A stretch of 64,000 bases of DNA, from the NCBI RefSeq assembly GCF_022539665.2, contig NC_081331.1, forward strand, positions 8,122,001 to 8,186,000, given 5' to 3'. Source of the DNA: Daphnia carinata (lineage: Eukaryota). Each line of letters starts with the position of its first letter. Within the stretch, counting starts at the first letter, position 1. The notes below the pieces were generated by a model that was given only the letters and a program-made list of their open reading frames with translations, was not told the origin of the DNA and ran no database searches. Shown in pieces: positions 11,501-25,210 of this stretch. A program made the translations under genes and the position numbers.

Positions 11501-14500
11501 TTTTCTGAAATATTAACCGTTTCTTGCCGTTTCCGAGTTGTAGGACAAAGTAAAGTTAGTTAATTGTCCGCACGAACGTTAAATGCCCAAATTTCAATTA
11601 GCATTTCCCCAGACATTTTCAATATATCATAAATTTTCTTATCTGAAATACACATTTCTACATTGGCAATGACATTGTTGTATCACGTCATTTAAAATTT
11701 TCTTTTCAACTACATTGAATGCACGAATTAAAGGCAATTTTTGATCTGGAACAGGCAGGAATCTGCACTGTGTCTGAAACGGCGTGTTCGCAATATTCGT
11801 TCCAATGGCATATGACTATCTGTTCTTTGCAGTCGATGATAATTTTGATTTTTCGCTGCTTCGATCGAAGCCAAGATTAGTTAAGGCCTGTTGAATTTAA
11901 CGTGTCCGTTCCTTAAAATCTGCTAGAGTTTGCACGAACTTTTTGAAATGGCATACAACGTTTTCTTGGTAAGCCCGGTTCATCATGATCATGATCATCA
12001 TCACATACTGTACCTGTTCTCTCCATTATATAAGTCCGCATTAACTTCGCCCTTACAGCAAAGCAATCTTTATACGTTGAAATGCATAATCTCTATTTCC
12101 AGCGCAGTTGTCGTTCGACAGGGCATAGCCCATACATTCGTATTTCGAACGATTATTATACAGTAAAACCGCGCGATGCATAAAAAACATAGACACATTT
12201 GAGGCTAAGGCTGCTTCCTTTTCTAGAAAAAACCAATCATTTCGATGCAATTAACAGAGACATTTCAGCGCAATTGGGATTTTATTTTATTGCGACATCG
12301 TTTGAACTTTACATTTGACAGTGTTCGGTGGCACTTGACTTTCTTTTAATAAGGGCAAGATTGAAAAAGTAAAAATCCTTACTGTAATTAGTCAACTCGT
12401 GCAATTCGTTCCGTTGCCATCTTGCATTAGCAAATACGAACTTTACCAATTGGAAATCATAGACATTTTTATATGTTGACCTATCGTTGAGCGTAGCAGC
12501 GAAAACTTACGCGGATTTGTGCTATGCATCCAAAAAAAATTTGAAAATTTCTTGTTTTAAATTTTTTTTTGTGTGTCTACACAATTTATCGTCAGATTCA
12601 AGATTATTGCAATAAATTCTTCAGATCCACACTTTTGTGGACGTCACCACCGCAGTCCAATGACAACGATTTCATTTAATCACTTAATTTCCTCGCAGTT
12701 AGCGGTTTGAAATCGACTGATTTTTTTTTTGGCATCGCGTCAAATCGAATGCTGAAAGCTGGTTCGTAGGCACGTTCGCAAAAAATGTTCCACGTTTTGG
12801 CCCCTCCTATTTCTTTATCGTCTTTCCAAGTGATGCTGAAAGGCAACAAGCTCAAGAAAACATAAAAACTCGTTAACTAGGCTTTCGTCTTTCGAAACAC
12901 TAGATATCGAGGACGCAGGAAGAGATCTAAATAGGGGAAGCGCTATAGGGAAGTTGGCATTTCGTGTATATCTGAATCATGTTTTTGTAATGCAACGAAT
13001 CATATTTCTTACCCGGTGCTGACGATCAAATTTGCGATATAGAGTATTCTGATAGTTCTATTCATAATAATCTCAAGTAAGATGTAGAATCGAAACATTA
13101 AGAGGAGCCTTCCATTAAAACCATTGAACTAGCTCTCGATTTCGATTTGAGTTTTTGTTTGCAACCATGCTGGCATTTAATTTAGAAGCGACAATATATC
13201 AAACGCAGACGCTCTATTTATAACTAAAATGTGAGCATTGCATGAACTTTGTTTGCCATGGTTTTCGGAGTTAATAGAAACGTAGTTAACTTCAATTACA
13301 TTGAACCTTAAAAAAGGACGTACCAAAAGGCTTATTATTTATTCTTGGTAGTTAAACCCATGCAGTTAATTAGGAATGCAAAACACATCTGCCCACACAG
13401 ACTCCAAAAAAGACAAAAACTTTTCTTGATTTGGTCTTGCAGCTTCGTCCTTGCTGCCATTTTTGGTCAAAGCATTAACCTTCGTCCATAACTTACTCGA
13501 CGTGGCCCTCACTTCAGTATATGTTCCTGCGTTTACACCGACGAGAGAGATAAATGTCAGCACGAAGTTTTCCGTATTTCCTTAAAAACATAGGGAACCT
13601 TGAGCTGCATGCCCTTGAATTCGGCTATGTTCGAAGAAGAGAGAACAACGCAAGCGGCGGTACAGAATGTGAATTTTAAGTTTTTTAGGACGGACCGAAC
13701 AGACCTGCTGTAGCGCTCGCCGCCACCATGGCCCTGCTTTGGTCAACTGATATGTAACGCCCAGTTCTGGTCAACAGAATTATTGTTTGATTACTTTCTG
13801 ACAACCATACGCTGCATTATCGAAAAATTTTTATCTACTGAGTTCTTATGCCACCTTTCCTTTCCTTCCTTCGATGAGCGATAAAAGCAAGCTTAGAAAT
13901 TGATATTTTCTTACTTTGCTTTTACACATTCACCCCAAACCACATGCTGATGGGTGTCAATAGTAAATATGGGATAAACGGATAACTATTCACAAGTGTA
14001 TAACCATCAACAAAAACGTGCGCGCGACACTTTAACCATTGACATTCAAAAACTGGTTTAGCAAGCCAGTGGCAGTCACGTGGGAAGAGGAAAATAAAAA
14101 TACAATAAAAAAAAATGAAGAAAAAAAAAATTTGAAAATACACTAGTCAGAGGCCACTGGTATCACTCCTAAACTAGTGGGGACTTGTGTTGGTTGTGAG
14201 AGAAAGTTGTAGGGTTAGACATGCCATTAGCTGGTAGTTTCATTTTTGTGGGATTCTCATTTGAACGGGCCGGGTGTTGATTGGCGTCGGGACCTATATG
14301 TGCTTTCTGACTTAACGCTGAATGAGCGTGGCTGCCCCGTCCAGCTGCCTGGTGAGACTGGTTAGTGCGCTTCGATCAACCGCTATTTCCAGTTCAGTTC
14401 TGTTACCACAATCACGGGCACCTGCTGTTTTCTGCGCCGCGGCTCGCGCGTTGCTTCGAGGTTTCACCACGACCGACCACCATATTGCCATCGAATTGCA

Positions 14501-16553
14501 GCCCGTATCACCAGAGACGGACCCAGATTCAGTCCATAACTTCTCCACTTCTGGCGCAGTTATTGTTTTCTCCTTCTGCTCCTCTGTTCGTTTTATCTCA
14601 TCTTTAGCCATCCCGCTCTCTCCGGTGCCTTAATGGAGTTTGTCCTCGTTTGAGATTCTGCAATGGCGGCCTTCGGTAAACGCGGAAGAGCCCAAATGTC
14701 CCACGACAAGTGATGCGACTTGGGCTGCATGGTAACTTCAGTATTCCGTTAATTTCTTGCAGTAGTGCCAATTGGCGAATCGGTTAAACTGCCGCTATCC
14801 CCGACACGAAGCTAACAAAGCACCCGACGAGATGCCGCCATTGCCAGGCTGAAAAACGGTTTTTTCTTCAAGCTTGCCGGTAGAAACCGGCCCAGGGCAA
14901 TACAGGTCGATCTCCAGGATAACGAAGCCTTTATTAAATTTCTTCACGTTAGGGTTCAGGCACAGCCAGTTTGGCGACAGCTTTGGCTGTGGCATTCACG
15001 CGGTGACGCCAGTTATTATCATTAAAACCGTGATGAACTGCTAACCGATAGTTTGATCCTGCGCGTTTGTCAGGCTTACGCTGGCAATGATGAGAATAAA
15101 ACGTCTTTGCCTGACCCGCCCGCAGGCCTGCCTGAAACCAGACATGACGTGAGAAGTTGGCGTTAAGCTACCGGACAGCGAAGCGGTATCAATGGAGCGT
15201 TTACCCGTCCCAGCAGGCGTGGTGGTGGAAGCCAGTGCAGTTTGCAGGTCCGCTGGTGATCAGCTCGGCGGCAGAGCGGGGCCGTATCAGACCCTACGCG
15301 CCGTCGTCGCAGTATTCAATGGTTACATGACCAGGCAGGAAGTGGGTTGGTCTTTAAGACGAAGGAAGAAGGAAATGCGTGCACTTTACGTGGCAATCTG
15401 CAAATTATTATTGAACGACAGGAGATCAACAGCTGCTGACGAAGTGCCCGTCTGCCGTGTTGGTATTTGACGTGCGCTTAACCGACATCACCTACAAAGA
15501 CGGTTAATAGCTCTTCGGTGATGACAAATTTTTAATAAAATAATGAGCTGAAAGCCAGCCAACGATGACGCCACCGCGTCTGCGTTACCGGGCACAGGCC
15601 TGCTGGCGTTTACTCTTTCCTGTGGCTGGATAGTGTCAGCAAGTGTCATTCGGTTGTCGTTTCGTTACAGCCACGGTATGCTGATGACAGCAGCATCGGC
15701 ATCAGCCTATGGTGGTCAGAATTATCTCCAGGCCAGTCTCAACCGGAATTGATTTGTGCACTCTGTTCGTTTTAACTGGCCGTGATCGTTTTCTCTCTTT
15801 CGTCGCACACCGTTTCCGGTGTCTTCCACAGAACCTTTTGTTTGGTTCCAGAATCTCCTCACTCGTGATCCTCTGAAGCGCAGACGCAGCCCAGAAAGCG
15901 TGCCAAGAGGCTGGCAGAATTTTTGGAAGTTCGTCCTTATCCAGAGCGTGGAACTGCAGCGATTTCGAGCGACTGCTGCTGGTCGTCAGCAGCCTGAAGA
16001 ACTTTGCAATGGCGCAGCAGACCCTGGTAATGCTGAAGGCTAAGAACCGCGTGACTTTTGGCAGGTTGCGCGCGTGCTACGAAGGTGCTCTGGATTGGGC
16101 TGGAAGTCGATCTGAATTCTTTCGCAAAGATGGCGGTCGCGATCGCGATACACTTAAGCGCATCTCGCAGAGGCGGCTGCGTGATTGCTGACGTGCTCTT
16201 TGCGCAGGTTCGAAGCCGCTACCCTTTCAAAGGACCTCACGCGCGATTCTCGACATGGCGCGCAGCAGCGAACGCGCAGGGGCAGTTGTCGACGGTATCG
16301 ACCCGCGTCCGTTAATTGAGGTGGCCGAACGGGGACACGCTAATGTCGCAGCACCTGAAGTACCATTGTGAAGCGCTGAATTTTTCCGCCGACTCTCCGA
16401 CGAAATGGTCTCCTTTGATGACTTGCTACGTTTTTCCACGAAGTCAACCACGATGGCTTTAGACATTCTTTCACTGTAGGCCGACAGCTGAAATAAATTT
16501 TCCACAAAATTTTTAACTTACTTTTTTCTTTCACGAACAAAAAAAAACAGCGT

Positions 16554-16653
16554 NNNNNNNNNNNNNNNNNNNNNNNNNNNNNNNNNNNNNNNNNNNNNNN
16601 NNNNNNNNNNNNNNNNNNNNNNNNNNNNNNNNNNNNNNNNNNNNNNNNNNNNN
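16554..16653. other. Assembly gap (100 N)
   Basis: Run of exactly 100 N. Confidence 1.
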
Positions 16654-17397
16654 TCAAAATATTGATAAAGAAAAGGTGACTGCAGAGGTCAACCAAATAG
16701 ATACTGATTCAGCGCAATATGATTTGAAAGAAAAGAGCGGTTTGGCTGGTTACGTCTTTGGCATGCACAACAAGTTCTTTAGATAACGGCGTTGCAAACG
16801 TGTCGTACAGTCCCGGCGAGCTACTAATCGTAGAAGACGAGGATTCTTTTTTTAGGTAACTTTATTTTTCTGCGTGTTACTTTTTTCTTTCTTTTTTTAT
16901 AAGTTTCATTTAAACGTCTTATTTTACAAAATCATAGATCTTGACGAGCAGTTTTTGAAACAGCAAGCGGTAGTTGAAGAGCTGAATTCTAACTTAACGT
17001 CGTTTATTGTGGCGAATAATATCGATATTCAATCTCATGATGACAATTTGGATTCTTCATTTAGTGAACAGATGCCAGTTACACCCCCTGTAATGCCACC
17101 GTCTGATTTGAAAGATGAAGCGTGTAAACTTGGTGAGCCTACCGGGTCAGCACAGGTGGCCTGCAATGACACTGTCAGCGATATCTGTATCATAAATACA
17201 GCAGACGATCAGTCCAACCAGACAACACATTCTTCACCCATTCATCTGGATAACACCAAACCAGAGGTATATAAATAAATAAACTCCGCCATTTGATAGT
17301 GTTTAAAATGAGTATTCTGTTTCTGCAGGAAGGAGCCATTATAGTTGAAAAACAAGAACATTTGACACTCTTGCCGCGCGAGAATGAAGCCGAATAA
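16654..17397 (+). other. 3' exons of an unidentified gene or transposon ORF (acidic, low complexity)
   Basis: Open exon-like segments bounded by GT/AG sites (e.g. DLDEQFLKQQAVVEELNSNL... from about 16939). No recognisable domain. Confidence 0.3.
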
Positions 17398-20058
17398 ATT
17401 CCACAAACAGCAGATTTAACAGCAGCAACACTTGGTGTGGCTAAAGACGAGCTTAGTTCTATCTTTATGTAAGCTAATTGTTATTTATTTTTTCTTACTT
17501 TATGTTTTTGTGAAATCGATGGTGTTTTTTTTTTATACGTTATTGTGTGTGGCAAAGCATACTTCAGCTGAGGGTTCTAATCCATCCCCAGCTCTTCTGT
17601 ATGCCGTTTTATTTTTATCCAGTAATGAACAAAGAACAAAAAATTTAAAAATTGATATATATGTGATCTTTACGTTGATACTTCTCGTACGTTCAACACT
17701 TTGTTTGTTATGTTCTTTTATTTCTGTTTGTCTTGAATGCTGGATAGGTTGGTAACGTGGATTAATTTAGACGGACTGAATGGAAGGGGAAAAAATTATT
17801 TTGCCCAGTTTACCTGTTTCAAGTGATCCAGCAAAATAAAAATCAGTAATTTCGTAAATAATTTCCTTATTTGCAATTTTAGATTAAGAATCGTATGGCA
17901 ACGCCGGATGGAGCTCTTTCCCATCCGTTGGTTTCAGTGGTAGAAAATGGCGGTTAAAGTATTCTCTCCTACAACTGCACTCTGAAGACGCCGTCAGCCC
18001 TAGCACCCAAGCAACGCTTAACGATAAATCGATTCTTTTCCGTGTAAGTTTTTAGTATTAAAGAAATTTTGGGGTAACCCGAACTTCATATCAATACTTG
18101 ATTCCTCAAACGCATGGTTGTACGGAGGTCATCCTTTCTTCACGTAGAGTCATGGCGGACTATAGTCATGATTAAATAGTCGACCAAGATTATAGAATCT
18201 TAAGGCGCAACATAAATGAGCCGAACCTAGTTTCCGAGTAGTTAGGCCTTTATGATCACAATCAGGTGCATTAAGCCCTTCGAAAACCGATCTCGAAAAG
18301 CCATGCACGTAAACTTCAGTGCTCGGACGGTTTCACTTCGTAGACTTTAAATCATGCTCTAAATAAAGAAAAAGACATTTGCATAATTCAATATTTCTAC
18401 TTATCAACTTAAGGGCATGTGAAACAGTTATTAAGTTAATTCGTGGTTAGAAAGTTGCACAAATCTGTTAATTTGTATTGAATAAAAAATTTGGTTAATT
18501 GTACATAAAATTCTTTGGGCTGTTCCCTTCTGTAGGTAACAATAGGACATTGTCCTGGTGGCAGTTTTTAGATGGATGCAAGAAAGAAGGGAAAACCTGT
18601 TTCGTCAGACATTTCATTCATAGATGTGAGACATTCTATTTATTTATTTTTTATTTGCGTTAATGATCCTTGGTATTTCTTTGAATGCTTATCATTGTGC
18701 AGTTGGCTGTAGTGCAAATGGACAGCTTGAAAGTGTTACCTTACATAGACAAAATTCCCTTAACGTAACAACTTTGAATTTAAAAAAAAAGATCCTATAC
18801 AATTGATTGATTATATTGATAGTTTTCTTTATCACTTAAGTAAAAATGCTGATGCCTGTACCATTCATCCATTAAAACTGCCTTTTTTCCTATTTCTCTC
18901 TGCATGAAATCTACTCCAAGCTTGGTATGGATGACAACGCTGAGTCTGGAATATTGCCAAGAACTAATGGTGATGCCCTTGTAGTAGCTTTGCAGAAGAA
19001 GGAAACCTACAACAATCTTGCTTCTCAAGGTAACAAAGCAACAATAATCTGTCTTTTTTTTTCTTTTTATAGTCATCAAACCTTTCACTTTATTTCCTAT
19101 TATAGCTGAAACTCGTCTTCCTAAAATTCATCAAACGATGGCAAAACATAATAATGAAACCACTGCTGATAGGAGCACCCTTGACCTACGGAACCTTGTC
19201 ATTTCTCAGTTGGACCCGATGTTGAGCTCCGGATCGAAGAGTGACGTTTGTACATTAAAAGCGAAAGCTTGGAAAAAATTGAAACTAAAGAGTTCTGAGA
19301 GGAGGAGCGTTTTTAGTGGTTCATGCAGTAGGCAGCAGCCCCAGGTTACAGGTGGAGGCGGCAAAACAGCTAAGGTGGACACTGAAACAACTAACAGAAC
19401 GTCTGATGAGCAATCACACAGGACGGAGTTGGACGTGATTGCCTGGGAATTTAACATTAGCTTTGCAGGTGTTTGCGTGAAAGTGAAAATGGAACTACTA
19501 GACGTGAGTTACTCCCCGTATACGCATATCATGTTAAAACCTAATTTCCATTTTTTAGGAAAAGAATATGGCGGATTTTCCAAAGCTGGAAATACCCTCG
19601 AAATTATTAGTTTCGAATAGAATCAGTGCGGCAGAAGCTTTGAATTATTTCAAAATAAGAAAGGCGGCAGAAGACGAAATTTGTTTTACCAAGCTTTTGC
19701 CTGCAACAGGCATTACTTTGGACGATTACTTAGTATTCTGTTACATGCATGAAAAGAAGGGATTTACCGTTTTAAGGACGACATATGTTCCCGGTCCAGT
19801 AAAGCTTTTCTGTTTTATTACTCTAGTCAAAGGAGACTGTTCCACAATGGAATTGGCATCACTGTCACCTCACGTGAAAAGTAACTAGCATTTTTATTCC
19901 ACAATTTGTTAGTTTATTTTTGTCCTTCAGCGATGTGATTTTTATGTTTTGCAGTATTAGTAGAAAGCCTGACCCATGATTTATTGATGGGCGTTATTGT
20001 GTTAGCAAACAGGAAACTAGACACAAATCATGTCGATGATAAGTCTACCAATATGCTC

Positions 20059-20934
20059 CCAAAAAGGTTAGGAAAAGTGTCAACAAAAAATTTAATCAGT
20101 TAGCCCTGCACTCACCTTCTTTTCTATTAACAATTGCAGACCTCAGAAAATCCTGACTGTAGAAAAACCATGGACTAATCGGATTCAACAAATCTGCCCG
20201 CTACCGAATGAAATCGGATCGAAATCTGAAGCTTACCCTGTAACAGAAGAAACAAACACTGATTTATCAGGCCCTACGAAAAGCTCTGTTAAACGATCAG
20301 CATCTACAACCTTAAAACTCAGTTTACCTGCTTCATCTTCGCTTCCCAAATTACTACCATCATCTGCTTCAACCAATCCGCTAATCTCAGCAGCTTCGTC
20401 GTCTGACAGGGAAACGATCAGCAATAGTTCTACGAAACCGGAAATCTTGTCCTCATCCACATTAGAGGGTGCTCGTAAGAGAGTCGCAATGAAATCCGAA
20501 GATGGAGGGCCAAATAAAAAACCCAGAGTAGATGACGAGATCGTGCGGTCCTTTTCGAGAATCGCTTTGGCGGATGCCTTATGGATTCCAAAAAGGTTAG
20601 GAAAAGTGTCAACAAAAAATTTAATCAGTTAGCCCTGCACTCACCTTCTTTTCTATTAACAATTGCAGACCTCAGAAAATCCTGACTGTAGAAAAACCAT
20701 GTACTAATCGGATTCAACAAATCTGCCCGCTACCGAATGAAATCGGATCGAAACCTGAAGCTTACCCTGTACCAGAAGAAACAAACACTGATTTATCAGG
20801 CCCTACGAAAAGCTCTGTTAAACGATCAGCATCTACAACCTTAAAACTCAGTTTACCTGCTTCATCTTCGCTTCCCAAATTACTACCATCATCTGCTTCA
20901 ACCAATCCGCTAATCTCAGCAGCTTCGTCGTCTG
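20059..20934 (+). repeat. 347-bp direct duplication (20059-20405 / 20588-20934) of an intron plus exon start
   Basis: Near-identical copies with 3 substitutions seen, 529-bp period. Each copy has a GTTAGG donor and a TTGCAG acceptor. Confidence 0.92.
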
Positions 20935-20978
20935 TTCGTTGGCGTTCAACATTCGTAGGTGAAATGCTGGAATTGTCT

Positions 20979-21194
20979 TCGTCCGAGGAATCGCCGTCGT
21001 CCGAGGAATCGCCGTCGTCCGAGGAATCGCCGTCGTCCGAGGAATCGTCGTCGTCCGAGGAATCGTCGTCGTCCGAGGAATCGCCGTCGTCCGAGGAATC
21101 GCCGTCGTCCGAGGAATCGCCGTCGTCCGAGGAATCGCCGCCGTCCGAGGAATCGTCGTCGTCCGAGGGCTCGTCGTCGTCCAAGGAATCGCCA
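20979..21194 (+). repeat. 18-bp minisatellite, 12 copies (TCGTCCGAGGAATCG[C/T]CG; reads SSEES[P/S] in the exon frame)
   Basis: Directly visible tandem array. It explains the overlapping repetitive ORFs at 20762-21417. Confidence 0.95.
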
Positions 21195-24111
21195 GAGAAC
21201 AACTAAGGAAGCGCTTTTGTACCTTTCCTTCCTTCTGGATCCTTCGTCTTCGCGCTAAAGACAGAAACACGCAATGTGTACCTGCTTGACATTTTTTAAT
21301 GTTACGTTTCAAAATTCTATTCCATTCCATGTCGCTACCGTCGCATCGTAAGCGAATGCTCCGCTTTTTAAAATGATCACAGTAATGCTTCTCTTTTAAA
21401 GTCAAGACCAGGAGCATTTTTTTGGAAACGTAGAAAACAAAATTGATTTCCCAGTGAGTTTAGATTTAGATTTTGAAGTCTATCTACAATATTCTTTTTA
21501 AAACTTACAAACTCGCATTGCCTATTCAAAATTTCGTCATTCATTTTTCGTTGTTATTATCACAATATTTTTCCTGTTTAGTCAACTGGAGTAATATATA
21601 CAAATTCTATCGTATTCTTATTTCTCGAGTATCGCCTTTCCGTTCTATCTTCCTCTTTAGAGGATGTCTTTTGTCTATTGTTAATGTTATGGTTACTTTC
21701 AGCAGCTAAGCCTTGCTTCACGTACGGTAAAATTCTATTTCTATTAACGTGTTTGAAACTAGGAAGAAAGGTAATGTAACCTTCATATGCTTGCACGTAC
21801 ATTTGGCTTTCTCTGCAGCATTTTCTGTGCCTAATTCTTTATTTTTTTATGTTTGCTAGCAGGGTGATTTGCAATCTTCTCTAAACTGGCCACGAAAGTC
21901 CGATTCTAGCTACACCGTTTGTTGGAAACCGTATTGAGAAACCAACTGCCTGCATGTCTCAAGATAAGGTTGGTTTACTATTAGAGACCTTAAAATTCAT
22001 GTGATAAAAGTTTCTTTTATTGTTCGTGCAAGGGAATTTGGAGCTACAATGCCGGAGTAGTTCAAGCCTTGTTATCGTCTGTTGCTTTTTCTGTAAGTCA
22101 TCAATTCTGGATCAACTCAAATTTTGATTGTACTTTTACGGGACACACTGTTTGATGGTTAAGATGCCCTTGGAGCGCTTTCCTCTTAGGGACATTTGTT
22201 CCAAATATGCAAAGCATAAAGCGAAATTCAAATCTTCTAGAAGAGTCTTCTCAAGGTGCCAAAATGTTCAGTTTGTCACTTTCTACTCAAACTATTATTT
22301 TTATTTTTATTCTTTCAGGATCTGTCAACTCCTCATAGAAATTACACTATCGCGAAGGTGTATGTTTATGATTTGCTTGACATGATTTGTCGTGGTCCTA
22401 AATCACCGTGGGAAGCCCCGATTAAACTGCAACATTTATCTTCCAACGTCGCTCTTTACGTCATATGTGTCGGGATGACGAGGACTAGCCTTGAGGAAAA
22501 GAATGTAGAGTTGACTGCATTGAAACTTCAAACTTCTGTGTCTTAAAGGTAAGCTCTTCATATTTCCCTAAAAATAATGTAATGGTCATTTTCCGAAAAT
22601 GCCTAACACCAGCATCAGTCCTGATATCTGATAGATACTAATTGGTTCCTCTAAACGTGGTTAATTTATGTTTCCCGAAGAACTTACCCAATGTTTCTTT
22701 TATTACTTAAAGGTTAGCACAATAGTGAGTTTCATTGCATCTTTTGTGATTTTATTAGGGACACCTAAACCAATTTGTTTTGTTCACAAGTAGAGGAAAT
22801 CATTGCATTCCATTGTAATACTGGTTTAGCGTTCAGTTGCAATTTTTATATTAAGCATGATCCCTGCAAAACGGAATTCGTATGCAGGAATGTTCTTTTA
22901 TTGAACCCCACCAACATAAAGAATTGCCCTTTTTGTCATAAGTCTAAGAATACCATTCGCGCCCTGCACCCAATAACCCTTGTAGCGCTTTACTATCAGT
23001 GGTTTTTGGTGTCGTTAGGTACATGCGTCAGCGCATTCCCCTTTTCCAGCGATGCCCGAGATTGTTTATGTTTCGTATCCCTCATCACCAATTTGACGGA
23101 TAGGCAAGAAGTATGAAGATTTCTTTTATTGTCCTGCCAAGTATTGCTATGAATGTGCGTACTTGTCAACGCTAATGAATTTCCAGCTCTGTGTTTCGTT
23201 TTGCCATGTCTAGTGAATCTGTGTCAGGCCAACGGCCTTTCTACGTCTTCGGCAGAACACAATTTCATATCGTAATTGAATAGATCTGTATCTGTATTTG
23301 TGGAAGAGGCCAAAAAGAGATTGTGGCGAGTATTTATGAAACTGCTAGTACTCTACTGTGTCTGAGATGCTCACTCGACTGGCTTCAACCTTCGATATGG
23401 CCTCATTTTATAGCAGCTACTGCCACCCTGATTCATCGCTTTGGCCCAGGGGCAACAAGAAGTTGAATTTTTTTGAATATCCAGTATTCTTACCCCACCT
23501 CTGTTGTACTGTATGGTGTAGTGAATAACCGTCTCAGGCTGCGTTTCCACCGCTAGCGGGGAATTTCAAAATTTCCAATTGAAAATACGCGGAAAGCAAC
23601 ATCTAGGTTTCACTGAATAGTCGCCGAATAATCCTAAAGAACAGCAATCAGTCTATTTAGATACAAACAAAAGGTTTTATTGAAACTGAGTTGTATTATT
23701 CTTTAGGACAAGAGATTTGGGGTGCACTTGTACAAGAACGACATACATTTCTCTGCATGGGTTTTTTTTTTCGTTTTCTTCTATGTTCTTCTTGTTCTCT
23801 ATATTTTTCTTTCCGTTCTTGGTCTACTGCGGGTTTTTTTTTCAACTCACGCAAAAAAAAAAAATCATTCCCTTTGTTCTTTTAGCTAAAGGTTGGTCCA
23901 GTATTTTAACAGACCACGCACAGTGGGAAAGCGGTGGAAAAAAAAGGCAAAATGAAAAATACTTACATCCATGACTATAAAACAGGAATAGTAAAGAGAT
24001 CACAAAGTGGATTTGACAGAAATAAAATGATAAGGTGTGTCTTCAATATTAGTTTGCCCTGCTTGATAACATAGTTCAAAATAGTCCATGGACTAGTTGG
24101 CTGTTAGTCAA

Positions 24112-25210
24112 TTAGTCATCGTCACGAAGCAACTTTTCATCGATGCAAAATTCATCACCCGAATAACTTGATGACGATTCGAGTTGTTCTTCGTCGAATG
24201 CGAATTCTGAATAAATCAAAATCAAAATATTTCAGCAATACACCTGATTTTTGTTAATAAAAAAAGCTTCCTACTTGGGTCTACTCTTGGCTCCAATTGC
24301 TGCTCATCGTCTGACGAATTATTAATCAACCAATAGTCAAAATCACGAGTCAGCCAAGGTTGCTTTAAGGCGGATTGCATGAAGCGGATCCATGTTGAAC
24401 CTATTTCTTGCTTCCGGAGCGTCGCTTTTACTCCGCAACTAACGATGCAATGGGAGCTTTTTTCTGGAACTATGTAGCCATACGTGAACGTGTTCAGTTC
24501 ATATCTACGCCGAATTGTAAAACGACACAATGGTTAAGGTAATACATTTCAACACGTTAACATTGTATCGCAAAAGATTACTACCTCAATCCATTAACAT
24601 CGGCCACGAAGCTCAAATGGTTCTCCGAAAGTTCAATGGTATAATCGCTCAGGTGGCCCACAACGAACGTTACACAAACATCCTATTGAAATACGAAAAT
24701 GTCTATGTTTTGACAATTTATGATCACATGTGCCCATTTCGTTGTAGGGAAGCGACTCAAAACTGTCCTTCAAAGGCATCGTGTAACCGATTAGCGCTAA
24801 ATTTGATTTCCATGTACAATTTGCTGCACCACCAGCTTCTCTTCTGATGCTGGGCCACTTTCACCAGATGCCTCGTCAGATCGACGAGAATCGGTATTTG
24901 AGTTAGTATCGTCACTTTCTTGAGATTTCGGAAAGAGGTCAATCCAACCAGGCGAAACATCAAATTTCAGGTCATCTTCTGCATCGTCCAGGTGTTGCGA
25001 TTTGCACATTTTGCCTCGTAACTCATTTTCTTCAGCCTCCTTCTTGATTGCAGCCGAGTTGCGTTCGATTGCACGAAAATCTTCATCGTTTTCTAGCGAA
25101 ATGGCATAATTTTGCTCTATCAATTGTTGAGCTAAATTTTGGGGCTCGCTTCCTTCGCGGTTTATCAGTGTAACATGGTAGTGCGGCCCTTTCGTCACTT
25201 CATCAGGAAC
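24112..25210 (-). pseudogene. 3' fragment of a Tudor + CS(p23-like) domain gene, TDRD12/Yb-family-like
   Basis: YHVTLINREGSEPQNLAQQLIEQNYA resembles the end of an extended Tudor domain. Spliced exons RFPTTKWAH / DVCVTFVVGHLSDYTIELSENHLSFVADVNGL / YELNTFTYGYIVPEKS...WIRFMQSALKQPWLTRDFDYW give a p23/CS signature. 5'-truncated, and one splice junction does not keep frame. Confidence 0.5.

Larger units (their letters stand above)
18900..22546 (+). pseudogene. Multi-exon gene or pseudogene with weak resemblance to tRNA-splicing endonuclease subunit Sen54
   Basis: Exon peptide ISAAEALNYF...LLPATGITLDDYLVFCYMHEKKGFTVLR resembles the TSEN54 N-terminal block. Contains a duplicated exon and an SSEESP array ending in a stop at 21206. 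Boundaries and assignment are tentative. Confidence 0.3.

Noticed and set aside
8900..14100. Short ORFs in the AT-rich stretch
   Set aside because: No recognisable domains or consistent exon chain. Treated as intergenic or intronic.
20762..21417. Arg-rich (RNRRRP), TTAIPR and DDGDSS repeat ORFs
   Set aside because: They are alternative-frame readings of one stop-free 18-bp minisatellite.
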